DNA from: the human T2T-CHM13v2.0 reference genome, Homo sapiens
Direction: 5' to 3' (one strand)
Length of the DNA: 64,000 bases
Assembly (NCBI RefSeq): GCF_009914755.1
Contig: NC_060936.1
A model generated the notes under the pieces. It did no database searches, was not told the origin of the DNA, and was given only the letters and a program-made list of their open reading frames with translations. Position numbers and translations under genes: made by a program. Positions within the stretch are counted from its first letter, which is position 1. Each line of letters opens with the position of its first letter. Below are positions 1 through 13,853 of this stretch, in pieces.

Positions 1-85
1 GGATCAGAACATCTGAACAGTTACGAAGCAGAATGGGACATGGTTAATACAGTTTCATTTAAAAGGAAACCACATACCAATGGAG
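1..85 (+). CDS. TBC1D15: TBC1D15 coding exon (probable exon 4, 5'-truncated by window edge)
   Basis: Frame 1 reads GSEHLNSYEAEWDMVNTVSFKRKPHTNG; donor G|GTATG at 85/86; phase 1 matches the next exon. Confidence 0.93.
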
Positions 86-546
86 GTATGAATTAAATCT
101 TTTGAAATCTTAAACTGATTTGCTACAGTATACTAATAAACAAAAATGCAAAGAAGATTCGTGAATGCTCCTCAGTGAGAAGGATGATTAATTTCTTTGG
201 TTAATAGGTATAAATCTCATATTTTAGTTATATTCCCTTTTCATCTCTGTTTTATTGGTTGTGGCTTCAAAAAAATATTTTAAAATACTTGCTCTATTTT
301 ATAGTTATTAATGGCAGAAAGTAGAACCACTTTAAAACATTCCTTTGGCTGTCCTTCATGCACATTTTTCTTAATTTAGTAGAATTATAATAATCATGTT
401 ATTTTATCCTAAAGTAACAGAGGGAGATGGAGTATACCACTAAATCATACCATTCTAATTTCAGCATCTTGCTGGACTCTTCATGGCTCATTGCAGTTTT
501 CCCTTAATATGTGTTGAGTGACTATTCTCCTTTCTACATATATACC

Positions 547-793
547 ATCATGTGCCACATAACAGCATTTCAATGACTGATCGCCTATATGTCAGTGGTC
601 CCATAAGCCCATAAGATTATAATGGAGCTGAAAATTTCCTGTCACGTAGCGACATCATAGTCTTTGTACGGTCACAGTGCAGTGCATCACCTTTTCTACA
701 TTTAGACGTGTTTAGATACACAAATACTTAGCATTGTGTTACAGTTGCCTGTGGTATTCAGTATAGTAATATTGCTATATAGGTTTGTAGCCC
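547..793 (+). mobile_element. TcMar-Tigger DNA transposon fragment (Tigger3-like)
   Basis: GTGGTCCCATAAG...ATTATAATGGAGCTGAAAA and TTTAGATACACAAATACTT...GTTACAGTTGCC resemble Tigger3 consensus. Confidence 0.65.
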
Positions 794-864
794 AGAATTT
801 CATAAAAGAAAGAAGCTTTACATGAATGAGAAAAGCATAATCTGACAATAAAGATCACTTTATT

Positions 865-1022
865 AGTGGTTCTCAGCCTTGGCTGCACATTGAAATCACC
901 TGGGTAAGTTAGATTTTTAAAAAATACTACCCAAAATCAGACTCTGGAGATATAGCCTGGGCATCTGTGCATTTTAGAAGGTCTTCAGATGACTTTAATA
1001 TGTGGTCAGAGTTGAGAACTTC
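865..1022. mobile_element. MER5A-like hAT-Charlie MITE
   Basis: AGTGGTTCTCAGCCTTGGCTGCACATTGAAATCACCTGG ... GTTGAGAACT termini. Confidence 0.65.
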
Positions 1023-1113
1023 TGTGTAGCTGTGTAGCTTAGCAAAAAACGACAGATGTAATCCTGCTTATGGCTTGACCACAGACTTTATTTTGTAGTT
1101 ATTAAAAGTTAAA

Positions 1114-1418
<305 letters not shown>

Positions 1419-3879
1419 TTAAGGAGGCATTTTCTAAGCCCGTGGGTTCATTTCTAAGCTTGAGGGTTTATTTTGAACCCTCAAGCTTAGAAATTCCAGA
1501 GGTTTTAAATGTATTTCATTACGAAACTTTCTTATTTTCTAAAAGTTTTTTTCCCCCCAAAGAAAAAGCTTTTGTTTTTCTTACCTTTTACCCTTCTCAT
1601 TTTTAACTTTGTACTTTTTTCTTTTTTGTGTGAGGCACAAAGCCAATTTGGGACAAACCTTTAAAAATTGACTATCAGACTTATTTAATTATATTTCTTA
1701 AGAGCATTTTGCTTTATATTTCATAAGAGTTTCTACTGCTACATCCTTTGTTATTATATACCAGACAAGTTAAATGTTTTGGAAATATTCCTTCCAAGAA
1801 CATCAGACTGTCTCATGTTTGTTCTAGAGATCCATCCAAATAAAATTTGTCCTTGATGTTAATTCTATTTAAGGCATATAGAGACTTACTGAACTGTTCT
1901 GCTCTTACAAGAAGAGTAGAGTTGTTTGTTCAGTTCTTCTGCTATTATATTTAGTATTCTCATGTTAGTGTGTTGGAGATAGTTTTTACATGTATTTGGT
2001 AACATAGTAAATTCATTAGAACTAATTAATTTTCTTTACCTTTGCTTTGAGTAGAAAGATATTTTGAATTCACTCTTGATTTCCGTTTTCCTTTGTAACC
2101 ATTTCTATTTCTGGCTAGCTATTTGCAGCAGAATGCTTTGCAGTTTAGTTTTATGTTGACTTGATACTAGGTTGTTAATTCACTTATTCAACAGATAGTT
2201 CATCTTTGACTACTTACTGTATGCTAGCCACTCTTCTAGCACTGAGGATATGGCTGTGAACAAGATAAAGTTCCTGTTCTCATGAAGCTTTTATTCTAGT
2301 GGAGGGCCTAGAATATTTGTCAGGGCTTTAAATTTAAATATTTCTTCGTCACAGCTTTAAATGTGGAAATGTGTGAGGCATTTTCTTTTGTATGTAATAT
2401 ATGTCTCTTCTGTTAATGAGGGAAAAATCTATGTAAAACCTTTACTCTTGAATATGCATAAACTCCTGATAATTCATATAGCATACATATAGTATTTAAT
2501 ATACTTCATATGATTTTCTTGCATTAATTTAGATAAAATACTCTGTGCAACGAAGAATTTAATTTAAAAAATTGTCTATATGTAGTTTTTTGGGTTTCTT
2601 TCTTTTTTTCTTTTTTTTTTCATTGCTGTTTTTCTGTGAAATATTTTTGGTCTTTGCAGATAAGCCAGCAGTATGTATCTGTTCTAGGTAGTCTAAGTAC
2701 ATTCATACTTAAATGATTCATGAATAAGTTGAAATTCTAGAACTGTTCTCACTTAGATATCAGCTTGAAGTGGTCTTATGAGCTCTAAAATATAAATACC
2801 AGTGAAACATTATGTAAAGTAGTCAAGTGGGCACATGGCACTTAATCTGGTATCTCTTACATGTGAGTTCACTGTCCAAACTGGTGTGAAAGCTGCTGGT
2901 CATTGTATATAGATAAGTTACTTTAGCTTCCTTCAAATGATACTTGTTTAAGTGTCCATGAAATAATGATGGCGCATGGTTTCCTTGCAGATAGAGGTTT
3001 CTGTAAGCTGTAGATTTCTTTTTGTGAGTTCAAGAGATCTTATTAGAGATGATTGCAGATAGGACGGTGATACATCCATGCAGGTCAACACTGATTAATA
3101 AGTCTTCTGATCTAGTCTTGTAAGCAACTTCCTTCTAAGTAGTTTATCTTTGTGGGACTGGTAGTATGGGACAGAATTAATAAAGGTCTTGAGTAGCAGG
3201 ATAGTGTGACACTTCTTAAGAAATAACATTTTAGGAAAGGTTTTTTAAAATTTCAGAGACACGACTTGCTTATGTTGGAGTTAAATTGTTAAAATGGTGT
3301 TTTAGATTAGAAGTGAATTATAAGAACTAGCATCATTAGTGAGAATAAATAGTTTTTTCTCTTTCAGTTTTTTATTTAAATTGTTGAGGTTTAAGTTGCT
3401 TGTTATCAATTACGATAATGTTCACAAACCTGGAATTTTCGCTTCTATAAAGAGGCCACAAACTCAGAACATGCCGTATTTTACATAACTATAATTTGGT
3501 TTGAACTGAGGTCTTAATTTAGTAGACAGTTAATTTAGCAATTGAATGTATTATTTTTGAAGCATTCACAACTTTTTATCTTTTCATCAATTCCTTGCTA
3601 TACTTTGTTTTTCTGCAAATAAAATGTCTGTATATTCACTCCAGTGTTATTTTTTATATCAGTATGCTTACTTCACTACTAGTGTAGTGTCCTAAAAATA
3701 ATTACAAAAGGAAATGAAGGAATAAAAGTTTTTGTTTTGTTTTTTGACTCTTCAAGAGAATTAAGCTATTCTTATTTTGGGGGGAGTGGGACAGATAAAC
3801 ATTTACTGAGAATTTTCGGTATACTTGGCTTGCACTAGTTAGTTGAAAAGTATTATCTCCTAATTCTTATTAATAGAAT

Positions 3880-4020
3880 TACAATGGGAGGTAAGTATAA
3901 TTATCTCCATTTTACAAATGAAGTAACTGAGGCTCAGAGAAATTCAATTATTTGTCCCAGGTCATTCAGTTAGTAAGATGGTAGTGCTGCAATATGAATC
4001 CAGTCTGCCTGCTTGCAAAG
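3880..4020. mobile_element. MIR
   Basis: MIR core CCATTTTACAAATGAAGTAACTGAGGCTCAGAGA. Confidence 0.7.
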
Positions 4021-4288
4021 CCATGATCAGTTTTTTTGGGCAAAGCTTGTATTTTACATAGGAATAACATTTAAAACATTTATATGTGGTAGGATAATTA
4101 TTTTAAAAATCATTTTTTAAAAGAACATATAAGTAGCCATATCTAATACAGGTGGAAGCCATAATAATATAAGTGCTATACTGATTCCCTGGGTTCAACT
4201 AATTTATGTTAGGCAGTCATGGAGAGCACTGTCAGTACCTTTTAAAAAGGTGAACAAAAATATTTTGCCCCACTTTCTTGTTTTTAAG

Positions 4289-4499
4289 ATGCTCCAAGTC
4301 ATAGAAATGGGAAAAGCAAATGGTCATTCCTGTTCAGTTTGACAGACCTGAAATCAATCAAGCAAAACAAAGAGGGTATGGGCTGGTCCTATTTGGTATT
4401 CTGTCTAAAGGATGACGTCGTTCTCCCTGCTCTACACTTTCATCAAGGAGATAGCAAACTACTGATTGAATCTCTTGAAAAATATGTGGTATTGTGTGA
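4289..4499 (+). CDS. TBC1D15: TBC1D15 coding exon (probable exon 5)
   Basis: Acceptor tttttaag|AT, donor GA|GTAAGT, 211 nt; reads DAPSHRNGKSKWSFLFSLTDLKSIK...LEKYVVLC. Confidence 0.95.
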
Positions 4500-5532
4500 G
4501 TAAGTATCATATTATTTTCTACTTATTGAAACCAGATCATTGTATTAATCCCAAAGCAAACTATTTTTACTTGACCTTGGGCATCAGTGACCTATTTGCA
4601 TATGAGGACATGAACAGCTTAGTTTTTTCTGGGATATTGATTTCTTTGGAACAATGACTGAATAATATTGTGTTATTTTAGTAATTTGAATCTGAGACTT
4701 ACCACCTAATTACTGTTACAAAGAAAAGGGTAGTTTAATATTTTTTATACATTTAAATGAATGATGATGCATTAGTAATTTATGGCCTATGTGTTTACCT
4801 AATTTACCCTTTATTATGTATTTTCTATTAAATATACAGTTTTACTTGTGATGTTGCAGCTTTAAGTCAGGCAAGTCCTAAGTCCTTTATAAAATTATTT
4901 CTCAGTTGGAAGACAGGGCCTTACCACTTTCCAAAAATCTTGTCTCTCATTTAGTTACTGTGTGCATCTGTACACACACATGCTTCCTCACTGTTACTCT
5001 CAGCAAATATTTTTTGGGTATCTGTTACATCCCAACACTGGTAGTTGCTTGATATTTAGTAGTGAATAAAACAGGGGTGTTCCTAGGAATTAGAGAATTC
5101 ATAGTCTTGTGAAGGATGTCAACAAGTAAAATGGCAATTAAAACTGAAGGACTAAGATGAAGAAGTGTAAGCCGCTTTGGGAGTTCCTGGGAAGGAATGA
5201 GGGGCACTTAATTCAGACTGGGAGTAGGGATCAAGGAAGACTTCCTGGAGGAAGAAGCATCTAAGTAGAGACCTGAAAAATGAGTGACCACTATAAGGAA
5301 CGGGAAGGAGATACTTAGAGGGAAGGATGTTTTAGATGAAGGGAAGAGTACAAACATGATGTAATCACACAACAAATTAATTCAGTATTACAGGTCTGCA
5401 AAGTATGAGGAGGGGAGGGTGATACAGTTAAAGATGAGGCCAAAGAGCTGAGTAAAGTCCAAAGCACAAAGCATCTTTTAAGTCATGTTAGCAGGTTCTT
5501 CCAGTTATCCAGGTGAGATTAAAGTGGCCTGA

Positions 5533-5946
<414 letters not shown>

Positions 5947-5993
5947 TGCTAACTTCATTTATAATGTCCTCACTTTATAGTAGAATTTAACAC

Positions 5994-6047
5994 CTTGCCC
6001 AAATTTAGATTACATAAGGCTTGCCTAAATTTAGATTACATAAGGCT
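5994..6047. repeat. 26-bp tandem duplication
   Basis: CTTGCC(C/T)AAATTTAGATTACATAAGG x2. Confidence 0.85.
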
Positions 6048-6299
6048 AGAAGTGATACAAAAACTGGAAGATTCTCGACTGTGTATTTTCTGGCCTGAGA
6101 TTCTCCCCTGCCATGTTAATCACCTCTAGCTGGCAACAGGCAAGCTGTTCAGTGCCAGTAAGTGTAAGAAAGTCAGACCTGCTTGGTGGTATGTGGATTG
6201 TGGATCTTGGATCTCGAAGTGAGAACCTGTGATAGGTTACCATTGAGAGGATGAGTAGATTTCAGGAGAGACAGTATCATGATTGGAATAGAAAATTAT

Positions 6300-6875
6300 G
6301 GTTATTTAATAGCAGGCATTAAAGAGTTGGGAGTTTTAGCACCATAGTAAGCTCAGTATCGGTGTTGCGATGTAACTCACAAATGAGATCATTTGGTCTG
6401 AGACTGTTGATTAAAGCATAATATCTAGGATGAGGGAGGTGGTAGCTCCTCTCTCCTTTTTACTGATTATATTTTGGAGAAGTAGGCTTGAACTGCAAGT
6501 AGTAAACACTGCATTTTAAATGTGCTAGACTACCTATTCTATAGGTAAGAGATAGCAAACTACTGATTGAATCTCTTGAAAAATATGTGGTATTCTGTGA
6601 GTAAGTATCATATTATTTTCTACTTATTGAAACCGGATCATTGTATTAATCCCAAAGCAAACTATTTTTACTTGACTACTATTTTTACTTGATCAACTAT
6701 CAAGTTGATCAACTACTATTTTTACTTGATCAACTATCAACTATTTTTACTTGATTACAGAATAGAAAATACTATTCTGTATTGAAGAGATAACCAGTGT
6801 AAGGAAGGGGATCAAAATGGTCCTATGAAAAATATTTCATTGAAGGATGTGGTTTAACTTGAAGAAGAGAAATTT
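6300..6875 (+). mobile_element. Ancient L3/CR1 LINE fragment, interrupted by the 6541-6778 insertion
   Basis: Degenerate CR1-like segments (ATCTAGGATGAGGGAGGTGGTAG; CCTATGAAAA...GAAGAAGAGAA); boundaries approximate. Confidence 0.45.
6549..6676 (+). repeat. 128-bp local copy of 4448-4575 (3' end of TBC1D15 exon, donor and intron start)
   Basis: Direct alignment at offset 2101 with 2 mismatches (4494G/6595C, 4534A/6635G). Confidence 0.95.
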
Positions 6876-6889
6876 CAATGCAACATTAA

Positions 6890-7386
6890 ATAAAATCCAA
6901 ACTTCTTCACTGTCATCAACAAGGGCCTGCCCTATCTTAGCTCTGTTTATCTCTTAAAACTCATCTCATGCCATTGTCTTTTCCATTCTACTCATGCAGA
7001 TTTCTTTCAGTTCCTAAAACCCCCTAAACTCTTTCTTGTCTTAAGGTCCTTTATGCATACTGTTTTTTCTACTTGGAATATTTTCCTCTCTTTCTGATCC
7101 CTGAGGTCTCCATTTAATGTCACTTCCTCAGAGGGGCTTATGCCCTCTTTCCCCATCTAATGTAGTTTTCCTATCTCTGCTCCTCACTATCTAATTTTCT
7201 TGTTTGCTTCCTTCATGGCATCTAACAGCATACAATAATTTGGTCTATTCTTTTGTGTTTTACTCTAGAATGTATACTTCTGAAGGATAGGGATTGTATC
7301 TGTCTTGTTTCCATATTCTTCCTAGTTCCTAGCTACAGTTTCTGGTACATAATAAATGTGCAATAAATATTAGTTGAATGAATAAA
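6890..7386 (+). mobile_element. L2 LINE 3' fragment
   Basis: Ends ...CAATAAATATTAGTTGAATGAATAAATG, a typical L2 3' terminus. Confidence 0.6.
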
Positions 7387-7672
7387 TGGCATGATGATTA
7401 TCAATTTGACAAATAATTTTTGAAAGGTTATTGTGAGAAACAGATTGGAGATTTGCTTTATGTGACTCCAGAAAGAAATTAGAAGACAGGTTTTAGCTCA
7501 GGAGGTAGAGTTTCCTATCCTGGATGGGTTCAAGGATAGTCTTGATAACCACTTAAGCAGTTAATAGGGGTATATGTATCTTGAATGTGTGTTGTTCATG
7601 TTTCGTGAGAGTAGCAAGTGAAAGCTTGTTTCCTTTTCTAAATTTGTAAACAAATGAGAAGTATGAGAATCA

Positions 7673-8035
<363 letters not shown>

Positions 8036-8994
8036 TTAGTTTTGAACTAAACTGGCTGTTGTTACTTCTTGACACCTACAGGCTTTCCTAATGAGGACAG
8101 GCCACTGAGGATGTGAATGAGAGCAGAATGAAAGCACCTTCTCTGTTGATAGGCAGATCTAAGAGAGAGGGAAAGAGAGAGAGCTTGGAAGGAATTATGC
8201 CAAGCATGCACCCTACTCTTTCTCAATCTCAGCACTTAAGTCCCTGGGAAGGAGAGTGTCTTTAGAAGTGCTCATTTCCTTTTGGAAATGTGAAGCCATA
8301 GAATGTTCCTTATACATGTTTCTTTTTTTTTTTTTTTTTCATTTAATTCAAGTATTTTTTTTTGAATGCCTACTGTGTCTTAGATGCAGTAGTGCTATTT
8401 TCTGGAAAGAAAGCAGTAATCAAAAAAGACATGGCCCCTGCCTTAAGTTGCAGCTATAATAAGTGCCGTGAATAAGACATATGGCAATATAAAAGTATAT
8501 TAGGATAATATGTAAGTTTTCCATGTGTGGGAGTGATTGAAACTCTGAGAGAGAATGAAATCAACTAAGGGGAGCATAGAGTTGGAGGAGATGTGAGCCT
8601 AAGTGATTAATTGCACCCTTTAATAATCTGGTAAAAGAGAAAAAGCTTTGTACACTTTGTTCTCTTCTCATTAGGCTTAATCATTAAGTTTTTAGTGAAC
8701 CAGGATGTGGCTGCTCTTCTTGGGGAAGGAGATAGTGTCTAAAGTGACTACTTCAAAAGCTGTTCTTCTAATATCAGCCACTGCTTTGTGTATTCTCCTG
8801 TGACACTGGGAGGGCAATTTACGTTTTGACCCATGAATGGTCTGAAATGTGTAAAAACAGTGCATCAAATATTTTATCTCCAAGGCCCCTCCATACTCTA
8901 GGCTGAAAATAAGTGCTCCCTCCCTATTCTCCTTCCTGTCACAAATTATGCCCAAATATATTATGCCATGTAGCTCACCATAGATTTTATAGAC

Positions 8995-9048
8995 TCCAAG
9001 TAGTAGAATAAAGCTATTCCAAGTAGTAGAATAAAGCTATTCCAAGTA
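8995..9048. repeat. 23-bp tandem duplication
   Basis: TCCAAGTAGTAGAATAAAGCTAT x2.3. Confidence 0.85.
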
Positions 9049-9107
9049 AATATTCACCAGTATTTAAAAAGTCCCAAATTTATATAAGCCATCCCCCACT
9101 GTCAGAT

Positions 9108-9563
9108 TCTTTTTTGTTTTAACTTTTATTTTAGGTTCAGGGGTATATGTGCAGGTTTGTTATGTAGGTAAACTGCATGTCACGGGGTTTTGGTGTACAA
9201 ATAATTCTGTCACACAGGTAGTAAGTATAGTATCTGATAGGTAGTTTTTCTGATCCTCTCCCTCCTCCCACTTTCCACCCTCAAGTAGGCTCTGGTGTCT
9301 GTTGTTCCTCTCTTTGTGTCCATGTGTTGTTTGTTGTTTAGCTCCCGCTTATAAGTGAGAACATGTAGTATTTGACTTTCTGTTCCTGCATTAGTTTGCT
9401 TTAGGAAAATAGCCTCCAGCTTCATCCATGTTGCTGCCAAGGACATGGTCTCATTCTTTTTATGGCTGCGTAGTATTCCATGGTGTATATATACCACATT
9501 GTCTTTATCCAGCCTACCACTGATGGGCGTTTATGTTTATTTCATGCCTTTGCTATTGTGAAT
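9108..9563 (-). mobile_element. L1 3' end fragment (old L1PA/L1PB type)
   Basis: Antisense L1 3' UTR and ORF2 C-terminus (ORF 9210-9497 is L1-derived). Confidence 0.85.
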
Positions 9564-12500
9564 TACAGAATTCTTAAGGAGAAATTTAAAGGCTCTTGTT
9601 CTTGTTAGTTAAGATTCAAATAAGTGGAATTCCCAAATTTTTAAGTTAAAGTTCAAATAAATGAAAATTTCTAAATATTATACCCAATTTTTATTCTACT
9701 AGGTGTCAGCCCGAGGGGTCTCATTTCCTGTCCCTGGAGCAGTTATCCTAAGTAAAACGATGTTTCCAGAGTCTTATTTCTATGGTCAAAGATTGTTTTA
9801 GAGACCACAAAGAAGAGTAGTCAAGGAAATCTTGGTTTCAGCCTCATTGGGATGCCAGTGGTCACCCCTCCTGTCTTCTTTTGAGTTCAAAACCAAGAGA
9901 ATTAGATCAGATAACTTTTTTTTTATTTTTGATTAAGTTAAATTGAGGAATGTGGCTTGCATTTGTGGCCATGTTGTCTTCCCAATCTACTTCCTAGTGA
10001 ATTAAGTTTGTCTTCATAAAGAGCTGACCTTCCTTTTACAGGAGCAGGGCCTTACCATATGGATGAGCAGAGATTGCTAGTAATCTAGGAATGGGCAACC
10101 TAGATGGCTCACAAGCGCCAGGAAGAGGCTCTGCTAGGCTAGTCATGTGTAGTTCCTTCTTTCAGTCTCAACAACCCGATCTAGTCAGTGCAACATAGGC
10201 CATCTTGACGCTTAATATTTTTCAGATAGTTTTCTTATTTACCAGGAAAACAAATTGTCATATTTGTTCATGTTTGTGTTCTTTGATTTATCATCATTTA
10301 AAATATGATATTCACTTGGATAAAAGAATCAGCTACAAATACATTTTTCTTACCTTTCTGAAACCAAGTTGGTTGCTAAGATATGAATGAGACCTGTTGA
10401 TTCCATTAAGTTATTTTGTATATTGGGCCATTTTTACATTGATATGCAAATATCCAAGCAGTAAAATATTCCCTTAAAAAGCCAAATTTGTTGTATCATC
10501 AAACAGCACCAACCATTTAAAAGATTAGGTTCTAGATGTAAAATTTTGTTATTGTACCTTTCTATCTTTTATTCCCAGTTTTGATTGATAATCTCTGCAA
10601 TGCTGTTTATTTCTTTAGCCTTACATATTGGTCATTCTCAATAGAAATATAAAATAGTTACTGCTACATTTGGGTATACAAGCATTGTTCAGTTTATAAT
10701 TTCTGAGTTTATTATGAGGTCTTTGGGACAGGCTCACACCAAAGCCTGGGATATACTTCAGAATTTTCAGGAGATATGCTTCTATAGTTGTGATACTAGA
10801 CTATAGTTTTCTTCAAATTGTTTAGCAGGCTGTAATAGAATTGCTGGGTTAGCATCATTAAAAGTTCATCTTACTGCTGCAATGAGTTTGAAAGTCTTGA
10901 ATAATGTTAGCATGAGAGATCAACTTCCCAGAATATATATTTATAGATTAAATCAGTGTGGTGACCCAGCAGGTGGAAACATTCTGGTAATATTTTGGAA
11001 TACCAGTCTTCCTTATGGTGAGCTCTGCAATTACCTAGCGGTGTAACAGTATACTACTTGTCCTTTGACTGATGTACTTTTTAAGTGTTTTGTTGATTTC
11101 CTTTGGAGCAGTCAGGTCTTTAATTTCTTCATATCTTCCCTCCTTCTTAGAGCTTCCTCCACCCTCCATCACACAACAATAGTTATGAGAAAAGAAAAGA
11201 AGGAATTTCTTTTTAAAAAATATTTGTGGTTGCTTGTTGGTAAGGCAGTCATTTCATCTTCGGATCTCCAGTTTAGTGGCCACTGTTTAAGATATGGAGC
11301 CATAGAGTTATCTGAACCCAGATAGCTGAAAGTTGCCTATTTGTTCCTCTTTTATATGTATAGGCAGTGGTTTGACTTTCATGAGCATTTTTTATTTGGG
11401 TTTTAAAGAAATAATTTGACTTAATTTATTGTTAGAAACAAAATGATGGCAGTGCCAGCAGCACTGTGCTAGGAATAAAATTTTGTTTCTTTATTAGCTA
11501 CTTTTCTTTTCTGATGCTACATTTCAAAGTCCATCATTTAAAAAATGCCTTGTGAGAGAATCTGTAAGTCTGCCTATTAATTATGACCCCTCAAAATATT
11601 CAGAAAAGTAAATGTTTTAAAATGTATTTTTTTTCCCTCCTATGTCAAATGACTCAACCTCAGCCCCTTTTGAAAGGCCAAGGGGCTTATTAGCTACTAT
11701 TGTATATGCAGATCGAGTGCTGTTCCTGACTGTGTAAGAATATAAGATCCTGTTTTGGATTTCATATCCACTCTAGCATTACTGTTACATCCTGTTATGT
11801 TAGAATTGAGAAGGGATAACTGTTATTAAAGATCTTATCTCAAACATTTATAATAAACAGGAGGTGTATAGCAGCAAAATAACACATTTAATTTTTATTT
11901 TAAACATAGAAAATTTGTAGATTTATTAGAACTGACTAAGTCATAAAACTCACTAAATAGAAAAAAGACTGGATAATTTGTCAGATGACTAGAAATTAGA
12001 TGTCTGTTTTGGAAACATTTTGTTAAATTCTGTCATTACTAAGAAATGTGAAGAGACTTGCTTCTAGAGTTTAATAAGCAAGAACTAAAAACATAGTATT
12101 ACCCAACCATTCATAATAATCTTGTTAAAATATGTTCATATGTGTGTGTTTGTAATTATGGTTAGCATGATTAATGATCTTTATCAAATAACTAATATAG
12201 CTTACATTTTTAACATCTTATATTGCAGTATTACTAAGCTGTGAATGAAGGTGGAAATGATTTCAAAATAGGACATATTTTCTGTATGTAAATATTATAT
12301 ACTGATGACTCCTAATGTCTGTTTTGGCTTTCTTTAATTTTTATGATAATAAAGCCAGCTATCTTGTAATGGTTTTCTACTATAATTCTAGAGAAGAATT
12401 TAGGTTCATTCCAGTTTAATCCTTTTGGCTTTACCTGGAATAAAAATACACTTTATATTTGTTTTATTTACGTTATATACAGTGTATTTAGTATTTGTTA

Positions 12501-12699
12501 ATTTTGTATTTTATGTTTCATGTAGTTTTGAAGCTCCTTTAAAATAGTTACTAAATATTTGCTAATGTATTAATGGAAAACTGTTAAAATATTTTGGGTT
12601 TTTTTTTTTTTTGGTAAGGAACATTTGTGTTAGTAATTGTTCATGTAGTAATTGATACAGTGTGTTAGTATTTTCTACAAATCCTCTTTTTTATTATAG

Positions 12700-12802
12700 A
12701 TCTCCACAGGATAAAAGAACACTTCTTGTGAATTGTCAGAATAAGAGTCTTTCACAGTCTTTTGAAAATCTTCTTGATGAGCCAGCATATGGTTTAATAC
12801 AA
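12700..12802 (+). CDS. TBC1D15: TBC1D15 coding exon (probable exon 6)
   Basis: ttattatag|A to CAA|GTATGT; ESPQDKRTLLVNCQNKSLSQSFENLLDEPAYGLIQ. Confidence 0.95.
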
Positions 12803-13802
12803 GTATGTTCCTTAAATCTATCCTGTATTATTCTGACTGCATTATTTTATATACCCTGTACTTCTCATCTTCTCAGAGAGTATGCAAAATGAGACAGGTA
12901 CATATATATACATAGATATGTGTGTGTGTGTGTGTAATCTTTTTGGAACTATTCTCTAATTTTACAGAAACAATAATAAGTTTTCATGTTATTTGCAAGA
13001 CTCAGAGGCTTCCTTGGTTCTTAGTTACTCATAAGGAAATTTCTCAGTTTATTATAATACTAAAATTAGACATCAGTAGATTTGTATCATAACTTTTATT
13101 GATTAGGCCAGGGATCACAGAGTAGGCCAGTTTGAATTCATTAATGATCGGTTTAGGCAAAAATCTGGTTTGAATTTAAGTAGATTGTTTTGACGTCATG
13201 ACAATCTTATTCCCCTAAGAATATTTGAGTACTGTTCTTACATTTGGCTAAAAATGTGCACTTAATAATAGGCAGAAGTAAATTTAATTATCACTCAGAT
13301 GACTATGTAAAGTAATGAGATGGTTTATTCATTTATTTATTTATTCACTTATTCATTTAACAAATATGTGAGTGCTTGCTGTGTCCCAGCTATTCTTTTC
13401 CTGGTTTTGAAGATGTAAAGATTAATAAGATATAGAGGGAACTTTAGGAAAGAGGATGAGAGAGAGAACTAAACACTGTTTAAAATGGACAATAAAAGGA
13501 TAATTTTACTTATTGTGAAAAGAATTATTTAATAAATAACTGTTTTTGCTAAATATGAATGAGCAAATAGTTTGGGCTTCAGAAGTTACCCTGGCACTTA
13601 ACAGTAGAAAAACCTTTTGCTGTTTTCCAGGGTAGCACTGTCCCAGAATAAATTATTCTTGTTGGCATGATTTACTATTCATATAATTAGATTAAAATGT
13701 CAACTAATATTTAAATATGAGTTTTTAAATTTAGCCATCAAATATTTTGTGTCAGAATAGCATGGTGGTACACACTTCAAGAAATATTTTTTTTGTATGA
13801 AG

Positions 13803-13853
13803 GCAGGACTGCTAGACAGAAGAAAGCTGTTGTGGGCCATTCACCACTGGAAA
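13803..13853 (+). CDS. TBC1D15: TBC1D15 51-nt cassette exon (probable exon 7; AGLLDRRKLLWAIHHWK)
   Basis: gaag|GCA to AAA|GTAAGC; 17 codons, phase 0-0; matches the 17-aa difference I recall between the long and short isoforms. Confidence 0.85.

Noticed and set aside
6661-6754. Four copies of a 15-mer with variable spacers (CRISPR-like look)
   Set aside because: Repeats too short, spacers 2-22 nt and derived from the repeat itself, human intron, no cas genes; explained as repair-synthesis iterations
8995-9048. Duplicated AATAAA in a 23-bp tandem repeat as an intronic poly(A) site
   Set aside because: No clear downstream GU-rich element; simple slippage duplication is sufficient
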